DNA from: Candidatus Moraniibacteriota bacterium
GTDB taxonomy: Bacteria; Patescibacteriota; Minisyncoccia; Moranbacterales; UBA1568
Direction: 5' to 3'
Assembly (NCBI GenBank): GCA_038208355.1
Contig: JBBQYU010000001.1
Coordinates: 1 to 60,339 of the forward strand
Length of the DNA: 60,339 bases
This document shows, in pieces, positions 47,200 to 55,106 of this stretch. Each line of letters begins with the position of its first letter. Position 1 is the first letter of the stretch. Position numbers and translations under genes: made by a program. The notes beneath the pieces are model-generated. The model did no database searches. It was given only the letters and a program-made list of their open reading frames with translations, and was not told the DNA's origin.

Positions 47200-47233
47200 A
47201 TGACTGATGTTGTCAGTCGTTGACTGATGGTTA

Positions 47234-48040
47234 TCAGCTTTTTACTGCGTTCCGCCGGCCAGACAGCCGTACAGCACCAAGCCCGAACAGTCCAATGCCC
47301 AGAAGAGCAAATGAGGCTGGCTCCGGAACCTGCGACGTGGGTGTGTTCGACCAATGAGCAGTATAGTCCGAGCAGACAGCGGCCTGGAGACTGGCGTCTC
47401 CGCAAAAGTTGTATGCCTGCATGATGCCAGCCGAGAACCCGGTCGAGCCGTTGATGGTCGCATCCGTGTACGCCAAGGTGTCGTTGATCCGATACTCGTA
47501 GGACGAGCCGGTGAACTCCATGGAAAACGCCGTCCACGTATCGTAGGCGACGGCTAGGGCAAGATTGACCCAGCTGGTATCGTCCCAGACGCGGAGAACG
47601 GGAGTGCCTCCATAGTTGGTGAACCCGATAATCGGATAGTCTGTCACAGCAGAACCATCGGTCATCACGCCCCACACATCGGTGCGCCGACTGCCGAGAG
47701 ATGAGTCACCCCACGATGCTGGGATATAGAGATCCGCCGAAAGAACCGATCCGACACCACCAGTGAGCGCATGTTGCCGCCCCTGCGTGTTGTAAAAGGC
47801 ACTCTGATAGCCTCCCGGCCGATTTGAGTACCCTTCCGCTGAGGTGATACCAATACCCAGGACATTGTCGCGCCCTTGATAGGTCCCGACGTTCTGGAAG
47901 CTGTTTGGATCAAAGCGATCCGTCGTCCAGCCTGTCGGCACACTGGCAAAATCCGGCATGATTGGGGTGGCCTGTGCGGTGGCGATGATTCCCGCAAACA
48001 AAACCCCTGCCCACACGCCCTTGAAAAGAACTTTTTTCAT
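47234..48040 (-). CDS. PEP-CTERM sorting-domain protein
   Basis: Signal MKKVLFKGVWAGVLFAGIIATAQA. C-terminus VPEPASFALLGIGLFGLGAVRLSGRR (PEP, TM, Arg cluster). ATG 48040; the ORF is open to 48109. Confidence 0.8.
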   Translation of the reverse strand: MKKVLFKGVWAGVLFAGIIATAQATPIMPDFASVPTGWTTDRFDPNSFQNVGTYQGRDNVLGIGITSAEGYSNRPGGYQSAFYNTQGRQHALTGGVGSVLSADLYIPASWGDSSLGSRRTDVWGVMTDGSAVTDYPIIGFTNYGGTPVLRVWDDTSWVNLALAVAYDTWTAFSMEFTGSSYEYRINDTLAYTDATINGSTGFSAGIMQAYNFCGDASLQAAVCSDYTAHWSNTPTSQVPEPASFALLGIGLFGLGAVRLSGRRNAVKS

Positions 48041-48194
48041 TGCTACAACTCCTGTTGACGGAACGTCACGATTAACGTACCGACAGATATAATAGCCGAT
48101 TATAGCCATTTCGTCAAGCGTGGTAAAATATCACCTGAATAAAAAACAAGGCTGACGCCTTGTTTTGAAAATATTCTGATGTCTTCTCTTACCC

Positions 48195-49133
48195 TCAAGT
48201 CATAGCGTGCGATACTCTTTTCTGATTCGACACGTTTGATGATACTGCCACAGCAACAGAAGCCGTAGGAGAAATAGCCTTTTTTACCAGTGTTTCCTCC
48301 ACTTTCCCCTTCTCTCGCAGACTGTAAAATGACAGTCGATAAGCCTGAAAAAGAAGTGCCAGCGGCCCAGCAAACAAAGACGCAATCAAGAGCGTGACAG
48401 CGACCAGAAAGCTGGCCTCGGACCACCCTTCAGCATGACTGGCAATCCCTTGCTCGGCCGTATCGGACAAACGTTTGACCTGCTTTGCCAGTGGCGCGAC
48501 GGAAATGTTGGTCAACTCAGGGACGAGCTGGCTCGGTGAAGCCGCTTCTTCAGATTCCACCCCTTTGATTTCCGGCACCTGCGCTTTCACGGCCGGTGGA
48601 ACAGCCGTCTTCTGTTGGTCGGCGACCGCATACATCGGCGTACCAAACAGCTGCACGGTCACGATGGATTTTTGTCCGTTGATTTTCCCCTCCACGACCG
48701 CCACACCTGTCTCGCGATAGTTGGTATTGAGAATATTAGCTCGATGGGTTTTGCTCTTCATCCACGCGCTCTCCTGCGCTGTAGCATCTGTATAGTTGAT
48801 AGCCAAATTTTCTCCAGCCGCCTTATAGGCATAGCCCGCCTTTTTGACCCAGTACCACGGATCAAGTCCTGCGGGAGACGTATGCGCGAAGTAATCATTC
48901 TTAATCATATCCTCCGCCTTTTCCCTCGCCGCTTGAGAGAGCTTGGTATTTTCCGTCAGTGTCCCCAGTCCGTTGGTGATGCGCGCATGGTTAGTGAGCT
49001 CGATGACAGCGGCCGGCGTAATCCCGCTGGCCAAAGCAGGAGAAACAAAAGTAAATGAAGACACCAAGCCAACAACCAAAAGCGGAAGGATAATAAAAAT
49101 CTTTCGAGTAATTTTGTTGTTTCGTTTCAGCAT
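48195..49133 (-). CDS. CAP/SCP (YkwD-like) domain secreted protein with C-terminal TM
   Basis: LTNHARITNGLGTL..NTKLSQAAREKAEDMIKNDYFAHTSP...GENLA...WMKSKTHRANIL...YRETGVAV. Confidence 0.8.
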   Translation of the reverse strand: MLKRNNKITRKIFIILPLLVVGLVSSFTFVSPALASGITPAAVIELTNHARITNGLGTLTENTKLSQAAREKAEDMIKNDYFAHTSPAGLDPWYWVKKAGYAYKAAGENLAINYTDATAQESAWMKSKTHRANILNTNYRETGVAVVEGKINGQKSIVTVQLFGTPMYAVADQQKTAVPPAVKAQVPEIKGVESEEAASPSQLVPELTNISVAPLAKQVKRLSDTAEQGIASHAEGWSEASFLVAVTLLIASLFAGPLALLFQAYRLSFYSLREKGKVEETLVKKAISPTASVAVAVSSNVSNQKRVSHAMT

Positions 49134-49157
49134 AGCTCTTTTTTTTGGCTAAAAAAA

Positions 49158-49223
49158 GCAAAAAACGGGGACACCCGTTCTTTGCTTTTGGCTTTTGTAA
49201 GCCCACTTGTATACATTATAGCA
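49158..49223 (-). promoter_or_regulatory. GTGCTATAATG -10 element followed by terminator-like leader hairpin (module A)
   Basis: Minus strand: GTGCTATAATGTATACAAGTG...GCAAAGAACGGGTGTCCCCGTTTTTTGCTTTTTTT, then the ATG at 49133. Confidence 0.5.
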
Positions 49224-49269
49224 CCTTTTTTTGCTTTTGTAAAGCCAGAAGTCTCAAAACAGCAGCCGC

Positions 49270-49905
49270 TTACCGCTTGTTCATTTTCTGGACGTAGTAG
49301 CCCACGTCGGCAATCCATTTTTTGACACTCTGGTTGCTGTGTCCTTCACAACTAAAACCACATTTCCACACTACCAGTTCAGCGGCCGTTTTGAATTTGT
49401 ATTCTTCTACGAAAGTATCCAGCCGACCGCCCACGATACCGATGGCTTCTTCGGGACTGCCGAAACAACCATGACCCATGGCGATGCCGCGACTGCCTGC
49501 TCCACGGTAGCCCCAGTAGTTGTAACAATCAGCACCCTTCTCATCGACGGGCACGCGCTTACCCCAGTTACTTTCCTTCTTGGCAATTCCTACCAAAAAA
49601 GCAGCTGTCGTTTTATTCTGTTGGGCAATCATCTGAGTCATCGCTTCTATCGGATAACCGGAGACCATGTGCTGCACTCGCTGTGCGAGCATGGCCTGGC
49701 GATTAAACACCGGGAAAGATTGGCTCTGTATATGAGCGACATGCTGCGAGGCTCCATAAAGAAGTCCTGTCACCACCAAGCTCAGGCCCAAGAGTGTGTT
49801 ATAAAAAACGTTGGGGGAAAGCCGTAAAGACGCCACATCCACCACTTTTGTGGCAACGCGTCCAAAGGGCGGCATATTCTTTTTTTGAGTGGTTTTTTGG
49901 TTCAT
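49270..49905 (-). CDS. secreted Cys-rich lysozyme/SLT-like domain protein, paralog C
   Basis: GIAKKESNWGKRVP..DCYNYWGYRGAGSRGIAMGHGCFGSPEEAI...WKCGFSCEGHSNQSVKKWIADVGYYVQKM. Confidence 0.6.
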   Translation of the reverse strand: MNQKTTQKKNMPPFGRVATKVVDVASLRLSPNVFYNTLLGLSLVVTGLLYGASQHVAHIQSQSFPVFNRQAMLAQRVQHMVSGYPIEAMTQMIAQQNKTTAAFLVGIAKKESNWGKRVPVDEKGADCYNYWGYRGAGSRGIAMGHGCFGSPEEAIGIVGGRLDTFVEEYKFKTAAELVVWKCGFSCEGHSNQSVKKWIADVGYYVQKMNKR

Positions 49906-49923
49906 AAAAGGCTGAAATAAAAG

Positions 49924-49979
49924 AAAAAACGGGTACCCGCTCGAGCACCCGTTTCTTCACTTGTACATCCATTATAGCA
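49924..49979 (-). promoter_or_regulatory. GTGCTATAATG -10 element followed by terminator-like leader hairpin (module B)
   Basis: Minus strand: GTGCTATAATGGATGTACAAGTGAAGAAACGGGTGCTCGAGCGGGTACCCGTTTTTTC, then the ATG at 49905. Confidence 0.5.
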
Positions 49980-50085
49980 CGTCTTTAGGGAAAAAGCAAC
50001 CCTATTTCTATTCTCATATCTGTACTACGCGACTATGCTTAGCGCAAAAATATTTCACTTTTTTAAAATAATTGCCAGGGAAAAC

Positions 50086-52209
50086 TTACACGATAAGAAG
50101 CTCTCGTTCGGCTCGTTTCAATAAAACAGCATTCGTGGCCACAATGATAGAAGAGATGCTCATAAGAAGCGCTGCGACTTCTGGACGAAGAGCAATGCCG
50201 TAAGCCGGATAAAACACGCCGGCGGCAACGGGGATGGCGAGAAGGTTATAAATTGACGCCCAGAAAAGATTCTGTTTCATCTTTCTGACCGTTGCCTGGC
50301 TCAGACGAATAGCACGTACTACGTCAGCAGGGTCGGATTTCATCAGGACTACTTTTGCCGTTTCAATGGCCACATCAGTGCCAGCACCGATAGCAATGCC
50401 AATGTCAGCGGTTGCAAGCGCAGGAGCGTCATTTACGCCGTCACCCACCATGGCTACAAACTTGCCTTCATCCTGAAGTTGTTTGACGTACCTTTGTTTG
50501 TCCTCCGGCATCACCTCAGCAAACACACGTGTAATACCAAGCACTTTCGCCACCGCTTCCGCTGTTTGTTTGTTGTCTCCGGTAATCATTGCGGTCTCGA
50601 TGCCTCCCTCGGCAAGCTTTTCAACGGCTCTCTTGGCATTTGGTTTGATAGGGTCGGCGGCACCAACTACCGCCGCAACCCTGCCATCAACTGCCAAAAT
50701 CATAATAGTTTCCCCCTTCTCTAAAAATGCAGTCATTGTTTGCTCAAGAGTCCCAAGACTTACCGCGTTTTCCCTCATCAGTCGCGCAGTACCGACGAGC
50801 ACACTCTTCCCGTTCACCATCGCTTTTACTCCAAGTCCAGATATATTTTCGAATTTCTCAATTTGAGCCGGCACCTCAAGCTTTCTTGTTTTTAGTTCTT
50901 CCAAAATCGCATTACTGAGTGGATGGTTTGATTTTGTTTCTGCGGCAGCAACAAGCTGAAGCGCTTCATCCTCATCAAACCCCTCTACAACGGCAATATC
51001 GGTAACCTTCGGCTTGCCGAGGGTGAGCGTACCCGTCTTATCCAGCACCACCACTTGAATTTTTGACATCTGTTCAAGGGTCGCCGCATCTTTGATAAGG
51101 ATATTGTGTTTGGCACCCAGCCCCGTTCCAACAGCCACGGCAGTCGGTGTCGCCAATCCGAGCGCATCAGGACAAGCAATCACCACGGTGGAAATAGCGA
51201 ATGTGATGGCTACCATGAATGAAGCCCCGAGAACAAAGTACCAGATCCCGAATGTCAGAAGTCCTCCCCCAACCGCAACAATAACAAGATATTTTGCAAA
51301 ACGATCAGCCAATTTCTGACCGGGTGCTTTGGAATTCTGGGCCGTTTCTACCATTTTCACAATTTGAGCAAGAGCTGTATCTTCACCAACTTTGGTTGCG
51401 GTGAATCGGACCGAGCCCGTTTGGTTGATCGATCCTCCGATAACTTTGTCGCCTATGTTACGCACCACAGGCAATGACTCACCAGTAACGAATGATTCAT
51501 CAATTGATGTTTCTCCTTCAATAATCTCGCCATCGACAGGCACCTTGTCACCTGGCTTTAAAATAACAATATCACCCAGGAGAACCTCTGCGGTCGATAT
51601 CAACATCTCTTTGTTATCTCGAAACACTCTCGCTTGTGGTGGCACTAATGCAAAAAGAGCCTGCAAAGCATCAGTTGTCCCGCGACGCGATTTCATTTCC
51701 ATCCAATGTCCAAAGAGAACAAAGGTGATGAGCATAGCCGCTGCTTCGTAAAAGGAATCACTGCTGCCTTTGATCGTCAAGAAAACACTGAATGCATACG
51801 CGGCAGTGATACCAACGGCGATAAGAACCGCCATATTCAATGCGCGGACTTGCAATGCCTTATATGTCGAATAGAGAAAAATCCAACCAGAATAAAAGAA
51901 GACTGGCGTTGTGAGAATAAAAAGAAGCCATGGCACAGGAATCGGCGACGGTAAAATAAGACCGAATATTTTTTCACCAAGCGGAGAATAGGCGATGATT
52001 GGCAACGTAAAAACAAGCGCGACAAAAAATTTGTTGCGGATATCAAGTTCCATAAGTTTGGCCATTTCTCGTCCTGCCAGCCCCCTGTGTTCCATCCCCA
52101 TGCTCATGGTCATGCTCATCTTGAATTTCTCCCACCAGGTCATTTCACCTGCAGGCTTCATCGTATGCTCCATAGTTTGACCACCATGAGGGTGCATTGA
52201 ATGATCCAT
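50086..52209 (-). CDS. P1B-type ATPase with His/Met-rich N-terminus and CPD transmembrane motif (CopB-like)
   Basis: MDHSMHPHGGQTMEHTM.., VIACPDALGLATP, VLDKTGTLT, GDGVNDAPALA. No HMA domain. Confidence 0.85.
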   Translation of the reverse strand: MDHSMHPHGGQTMEHTMKPAGEMTWWEKFKMSMTMSMGMEHRGLAGREMAKLMELDIRNKFFVALVFTLPIIAYSPLGEKIFGLILPSPIPVPWLLFILTTPVFFYSGWIFLYSTYKALQVRALNMAVLIAVGITAAYAFSVFLTIKGSSDSFYEAAAMLITFVLFGHWMEMKSRRGTTDALQALFALVPPQARVFRDNKEMLISTAEVLLGDIVILKPGDKVPVDGEIIEGETSIDESFVTGESLPVVRNIGDKVIGGSINQTGSVRFTATKVGEDTALAQIVKMVETAQNSKAPGQKLADRFAKYLVIVAVGGGLLTFGIWYFVLGASFMVAITFAISTVVIACPDALGLATPTAVAVGTGLGAKHNILIKDAATLEQMSKIQVVVLDKTGTLTLGKPKVTDIAVVEGFDEDEALQLVAAAETKSNHPLSNAILEELKTRKLEVPAQIEKFENISGLGVKAMVNGKSVLVGTARLMRENAVSLGTLEQTMTAFLEKGETIMILAVDGRVAAVVGAADPIKPNAKRAVEKLAEGGIETAMITGDNKQTAEAVAKVLGITRVFAEVMPEDKQRYVKQLQDEGKFVAMVGDGVNDAPALATADIGIAIGAGTDVAIETAKVVLMKSDPADVVRAIRLSQATVRKMKQNLFWASIYNLLAIPVAAGVFYPAYGIALRPEVAALLMSISSIIVATNAVLLKRAERELLIV

Positions 52210-52215
52210 AATTTC

Positions 52216-52758
52216 TTATTCAATCATTATCTTCCCGCGCATCTCCACGTGCCCCTCCCCGCACCACACGGAACAGAAAAACTCGAACGTTCCTACCTTA
52301 CTCGCCAGAAACTCAACGACGGCACCATCGGGTGGAATATCTTGATCCACTCCAAGGTCGGGAATGACCAAACCATGTTTGACATCGGCATTGTGAATAA
52401 TAAGCCTGACCAATTCCCCTTTTTTGGCAGTGATCGTGGCGGGATCCCAGGCATACTGGCGCACTCCTATATGGATAGTCCGTTCCGTTCTTCCGTTCTT
52501 CTCTTCCACCGTGATGATAGGATATGTAATCACCCCTTCGGAAACAGACTGGATAGAAGAAACAGGAATCTCGCCCGTATCTTCTTTTACCGGCTCTTCC
52601 TTCTGCTCCGAAGAAACCGGCTTGAGCTGTGACGCTAGAACGGATTCCTGTTTTGTCTCCTGCAAGATTCTCGGCTCATCCTTGGTGCGGTATACCCACC
52701 AAGTCACTCCCTCCATAGCCGCCAAAACAACAACCAAGAATGCGACCATCATTTTCAT
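52216..52758 (-). CDS. membrane-anchored cupredoxin-fold protein
   Basis: TM anchor. C-terminal FEFFCSVWCGEGHVEMRGKI (C..C...H..M, CuA/cupredoxin-like ligand set). Confidence 0.7.
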   Translation of the reverse strand: MKMMVAFLVVVLAAMEGVTWWVYRTKDEPRILQETKQESVLASQLKPVSSEQKEEPVKEDTGEIPVSSIQSVSEGVITYPIITVEEKNGRTERTIHIGVRQYAWDPATITAKKGELVRLIIHNADVKHGLVIPDLGVDQDIPPDGAVVEFLASKVGTFEFFCSVWCGEGHVEMRGKIMIE

Positions 52759-53171
52759 AGAACACCCTTCTCGATTGCGTGCAGTGCGGCTACAATTTTT
52801 TCTTCTGCTTCTTTGGCAATCGCTTCAATGCCAGGAGCCTCTACCACTTGCGACATCATCGACGGCTTCTGGGCAGCTACGACGGCTCCTCCCTCGGTCT
52901 CCCGCACTATGACGTTACACGGCAAAAGCAGGCCGATATTGGGTTCGATATCGATGGCGGCCGCAGCCAGCTTGGGATTACACATCCCCAAAATGACATA
53001 GGCACCCATCTCTTTCCCCAACTTCTCTTTCATCTTTTCTTGTACGTCAATCTCCGAAAGCACGCCGAAACCCAGGGGTTGGAATACCTCTTTGACTTTT
53101 GCCACTGCTTCGGCAAAAGGTATCGGCAACTCTATGGCATACCCATAATTCATTTCTTGTATCTCCCTCAT
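52755..53171 (-). CDS. DUF302 domain protein
   Basis: FGVLSEIDVQEKMKEKLGKEMGAYVILGMCNPKLA...LLPCNVIV is the typical DUF302 core. Confidence 0.75.
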   Translation of the reverse strand: MREIQEMNYGYAIELPIPFAEAVAKVKEVFQPLGFGVLSEIDVQEKMKEKLGKEMGAYVILGMCNPKLAAAAIDIEPNIGLLLPCNVIVRETEGGAVVAAQKPSMMSQVVEAPGIEAIAKEAEEKIVAALHAIEKGVL

Positions 53172-53182
53172 ATTTTTATCTA

Positions 53183-53431
53183 TTAATTCTTAAGGTCTTT
53201 CTTTTTTTCTGCGAACTCCTCCTGAGAAACTTCTCCTTTGGCGTAGCGTTCCTCAAGAATCGCTATCGCTTTATTGGTCCTTTCTCCTGATTCATGTGTC
53301 CCCGATTTGGTTAACCACTGAACCGCTACCACTATCCCCCAAATGATTATTCCCCAAATGACAATCATGAATATTCCTCCGAAGATTCCGAAGGTTCCAA
53401 ATGAATGTCCATACCCATAGTCCCACATCAT
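53183..53431 (-). CDS. SHOCT-domain small membrane protein
   Basis: One TM, then AIAILEERYAKGEVSQEEFAEKKKDL. Confidence 0.8.
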   Translation of the reverse strand: MMWDYGYGHSFGTFGIFGGIFMIVIWGIIIWGIVVAVQWLTKSGTHESGERTNKAIAILEERYAKGEVSQEEFAEKKKDLKN

Positions 53432-53522
53432 ATGTTTATAGTATTACGAAGTTAGTTATATATTATACCATCTACTATTACTACGTTTTTTCTTTCCACT
53501 TTCTTTCATGTAGAATGCCCGC

Positions 53523-54023
53523 TCACTCCTTGCAACAATCTACGAGCTTCGCGACGATATCTTCTATTTTCCCGAAAAACGTCTTCTCTTTCGGCATCTT
53601 GCTTCCCACATCAACCAACTTCAGCTTAATCGCCCAAAAGAGATTATACAGCTTGTATGCCCGCTCAAAGAGCTCTTGAGCGTCTTCCTTCTTACCTTCG
53701 GAGCGATATTTTGTCCCCACTTCCATCAGACGCATCGAGGCTGCCAACAAGTGCTTGGAGACACACCATGATTCTCCTTCGTTCTCGGGCAAGAGCCGCT
53801 TGAGCATCGCCTTGCGTATCTCGCGCACCTCCTCCATAGAGTCAAGGTATTCTCCCTTATCTGTTTTCATGGCACTGAAGAAAAAATGCTCCTCCAGTGA
53901 AATGAGATTCATGACAGCAATTGAGAGATCTTCGCCGGAAGAAAGATCCGCGCCATGTTCTTCCTTAAATGACGCGAGTTTCTTTTGCAAATCATCAAAT
54001 GAATTGATTGCTTGTTTTTCCAT
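53523..54023 (-). CDS. 166-aa all-helical protein with C-terminal DCC motif
   Basis: MEKQAINSFDDLQKKL...KLVDCCKE. The listed 315-aa ORF (to 54470) has an Arg-rich, low-complexity N-terminus that is the off-frame shadow of 54032-54547. Confidence 0.55.
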   Translation of the reverse strand: MEKQAINSFDDLQKKLASFKEEHGADLSSGEDLSIAVMNLISLEEHFFFSAMKTDKGEYLDSMEEVREIRKAMLKRLLPENEGESWCVSKHLLAASMRLMEVGTKYRSEGKKEDAQELFERAYKLYNLFWAIKLKLVDVGSKMPKEKTFFGKIEDIVAKLVDCCKE

Positions 54024-54031
54024 ATCGCATG

Positions 54032-54547
54032 CTAATTGATAATGATTTCGACGATTGCTGATACCGTTATCAGCAAGGCCCCCATAATGATAATCTGCTG
54101 AAAGGCGATGTGCTTCTGCGTGAGACGGGTCATCATACGGCTCAACGGCGGTGCAGTGAGAACGACTGCGGCTCCGAGTGCGGCGCCAAGAAGAAGAAGG
54201 TTGATGGCATAGGTCGTCCCGTATTCTCCGATAAACGGTATGAAGAGCGGCTTGTATTCCCGAGCCAGCGGCATAAGTGGAGCGACTGTCGTAACGTATA
54301 CGAGCGCGGTAACGAGCCAATCTTGGTAGGGCACGCGCTTGCGCTTGATAAGACGAGCAAACCAGAGCCCCATGGCGAAAGCGAAGGCGCCACTCACGAT
54401 TCCTACTACGGCGCTCGACAGTCCCAGTGAAGCGGCCAACAACGCCAGTCCACCGGTAGCGACCACACAAAGCGGGCAGTGCGCGAGAGCAACCTTCGGG
54501 AAAGCCACCAGAAAGGCTGCTACGGCCACAAAAATATACCTATTCAT
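54032..54547 (-). CDS. 5-TM membrane protein with HCPLC motif after the signal sequence
   Basis: MNRYIFVAVAAFLVAFPKVALAHCPLCVVATGG. Hydrophobic throughout. Confidence 0.6.
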   Translation of the reverse strand: MNRYIFVAVAAFLVAFPKVALAHCPLCVVATGGLALLAASLGLSSAVVGIVSGAFAFAMGLWFARLIKRKRVPYQDWLVTALVYVTTVAPLMPLAREYKPLFIPFIGEYGTTYAINLLLLGAALGAAVVLTAPPLSRMMTRLTQKHIAFQQIIIMGALLITVSAIVEIIIN

Positions 54548-54561
54548 AGCATCTATATTAT

Positions 54562-55074
54562 TCAGATACGAGCGAACGTAGCGGTGGTGCCTTCATCGGT
54601 AAACGAACGGATATCCCACTGTTCAGTCTTCGGGCCAGGCATACCGGGAGTACCGGATGGCATTCCTGGGAGTCCGATACCTTTTACTTCCGGTCGTTCA
54701 CTCATAAGCTTCTCTATCGCTTCAAGTGGAATATGACCTTCGACAACATAGCCGTCTACGACTGAGGTGTGACAACTCAACAGATTGGCAGGGACACCAT
54801 AGCGGCTCTTGATGTCATCAAGATTTGCCAAATTTTCCATCCTGACGATGGCTCCCTTCTGTTTCAGATAGCTAACATAGACACCGCAGCACCCGCATGT
54901 CGGAGTCTTATACACGATAATCTCTTTTCCTCCTAAGGTAGCCTGTTCCGGTGACGGCGCTTTTCTGTCGGTGAAAAAATACGCGCCCACAATGAGGACT
55001 GAAGCGGCCAGAAGAGAAAGAATGACTTTCTTTTTCTTTGCCTGGCCCCGAGATGAAGAACGTGTCTTGCTCAT
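54562..55074 (-). CDS. DUF411 (CopG-family) metal-binding protein
   Basis: YKTPTCGCCGVYVSYLK, LSCHTSVVDGYVVEGHIP, GLPGMPSGTPGM. Confidence 0.8.
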   Translation of the reverse strand: MSKTRSSSRGQAKKKKVILSLLAASVLIVGAYFFTDRKAPSPEQATLGGKEIIVYKTPTCGCCGVYVSYLKQKGAIVRMENLANLDDIKSRYGVPANLLSCHTSVVDGYVVEGHIPLEAIEKLMSERPEVKGIGLPGMPSGTPGMPGPKTEQWDIRSFTDEGTTATFARI

Positions 55075-55106
55075 ATGGTTATTGTTTAGAAATAATCATT
55101 TTGTAT

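Noticed and set aside
47193-47997. Minus-strand ORFs 47193-47675 and 47665-47997, plus the plus ORF 47354-47557
   Set aside because: Off-frame ORFs typical of GC-rich DNA. The PEP-CTERM frame has a signal peptide and sorting signal.
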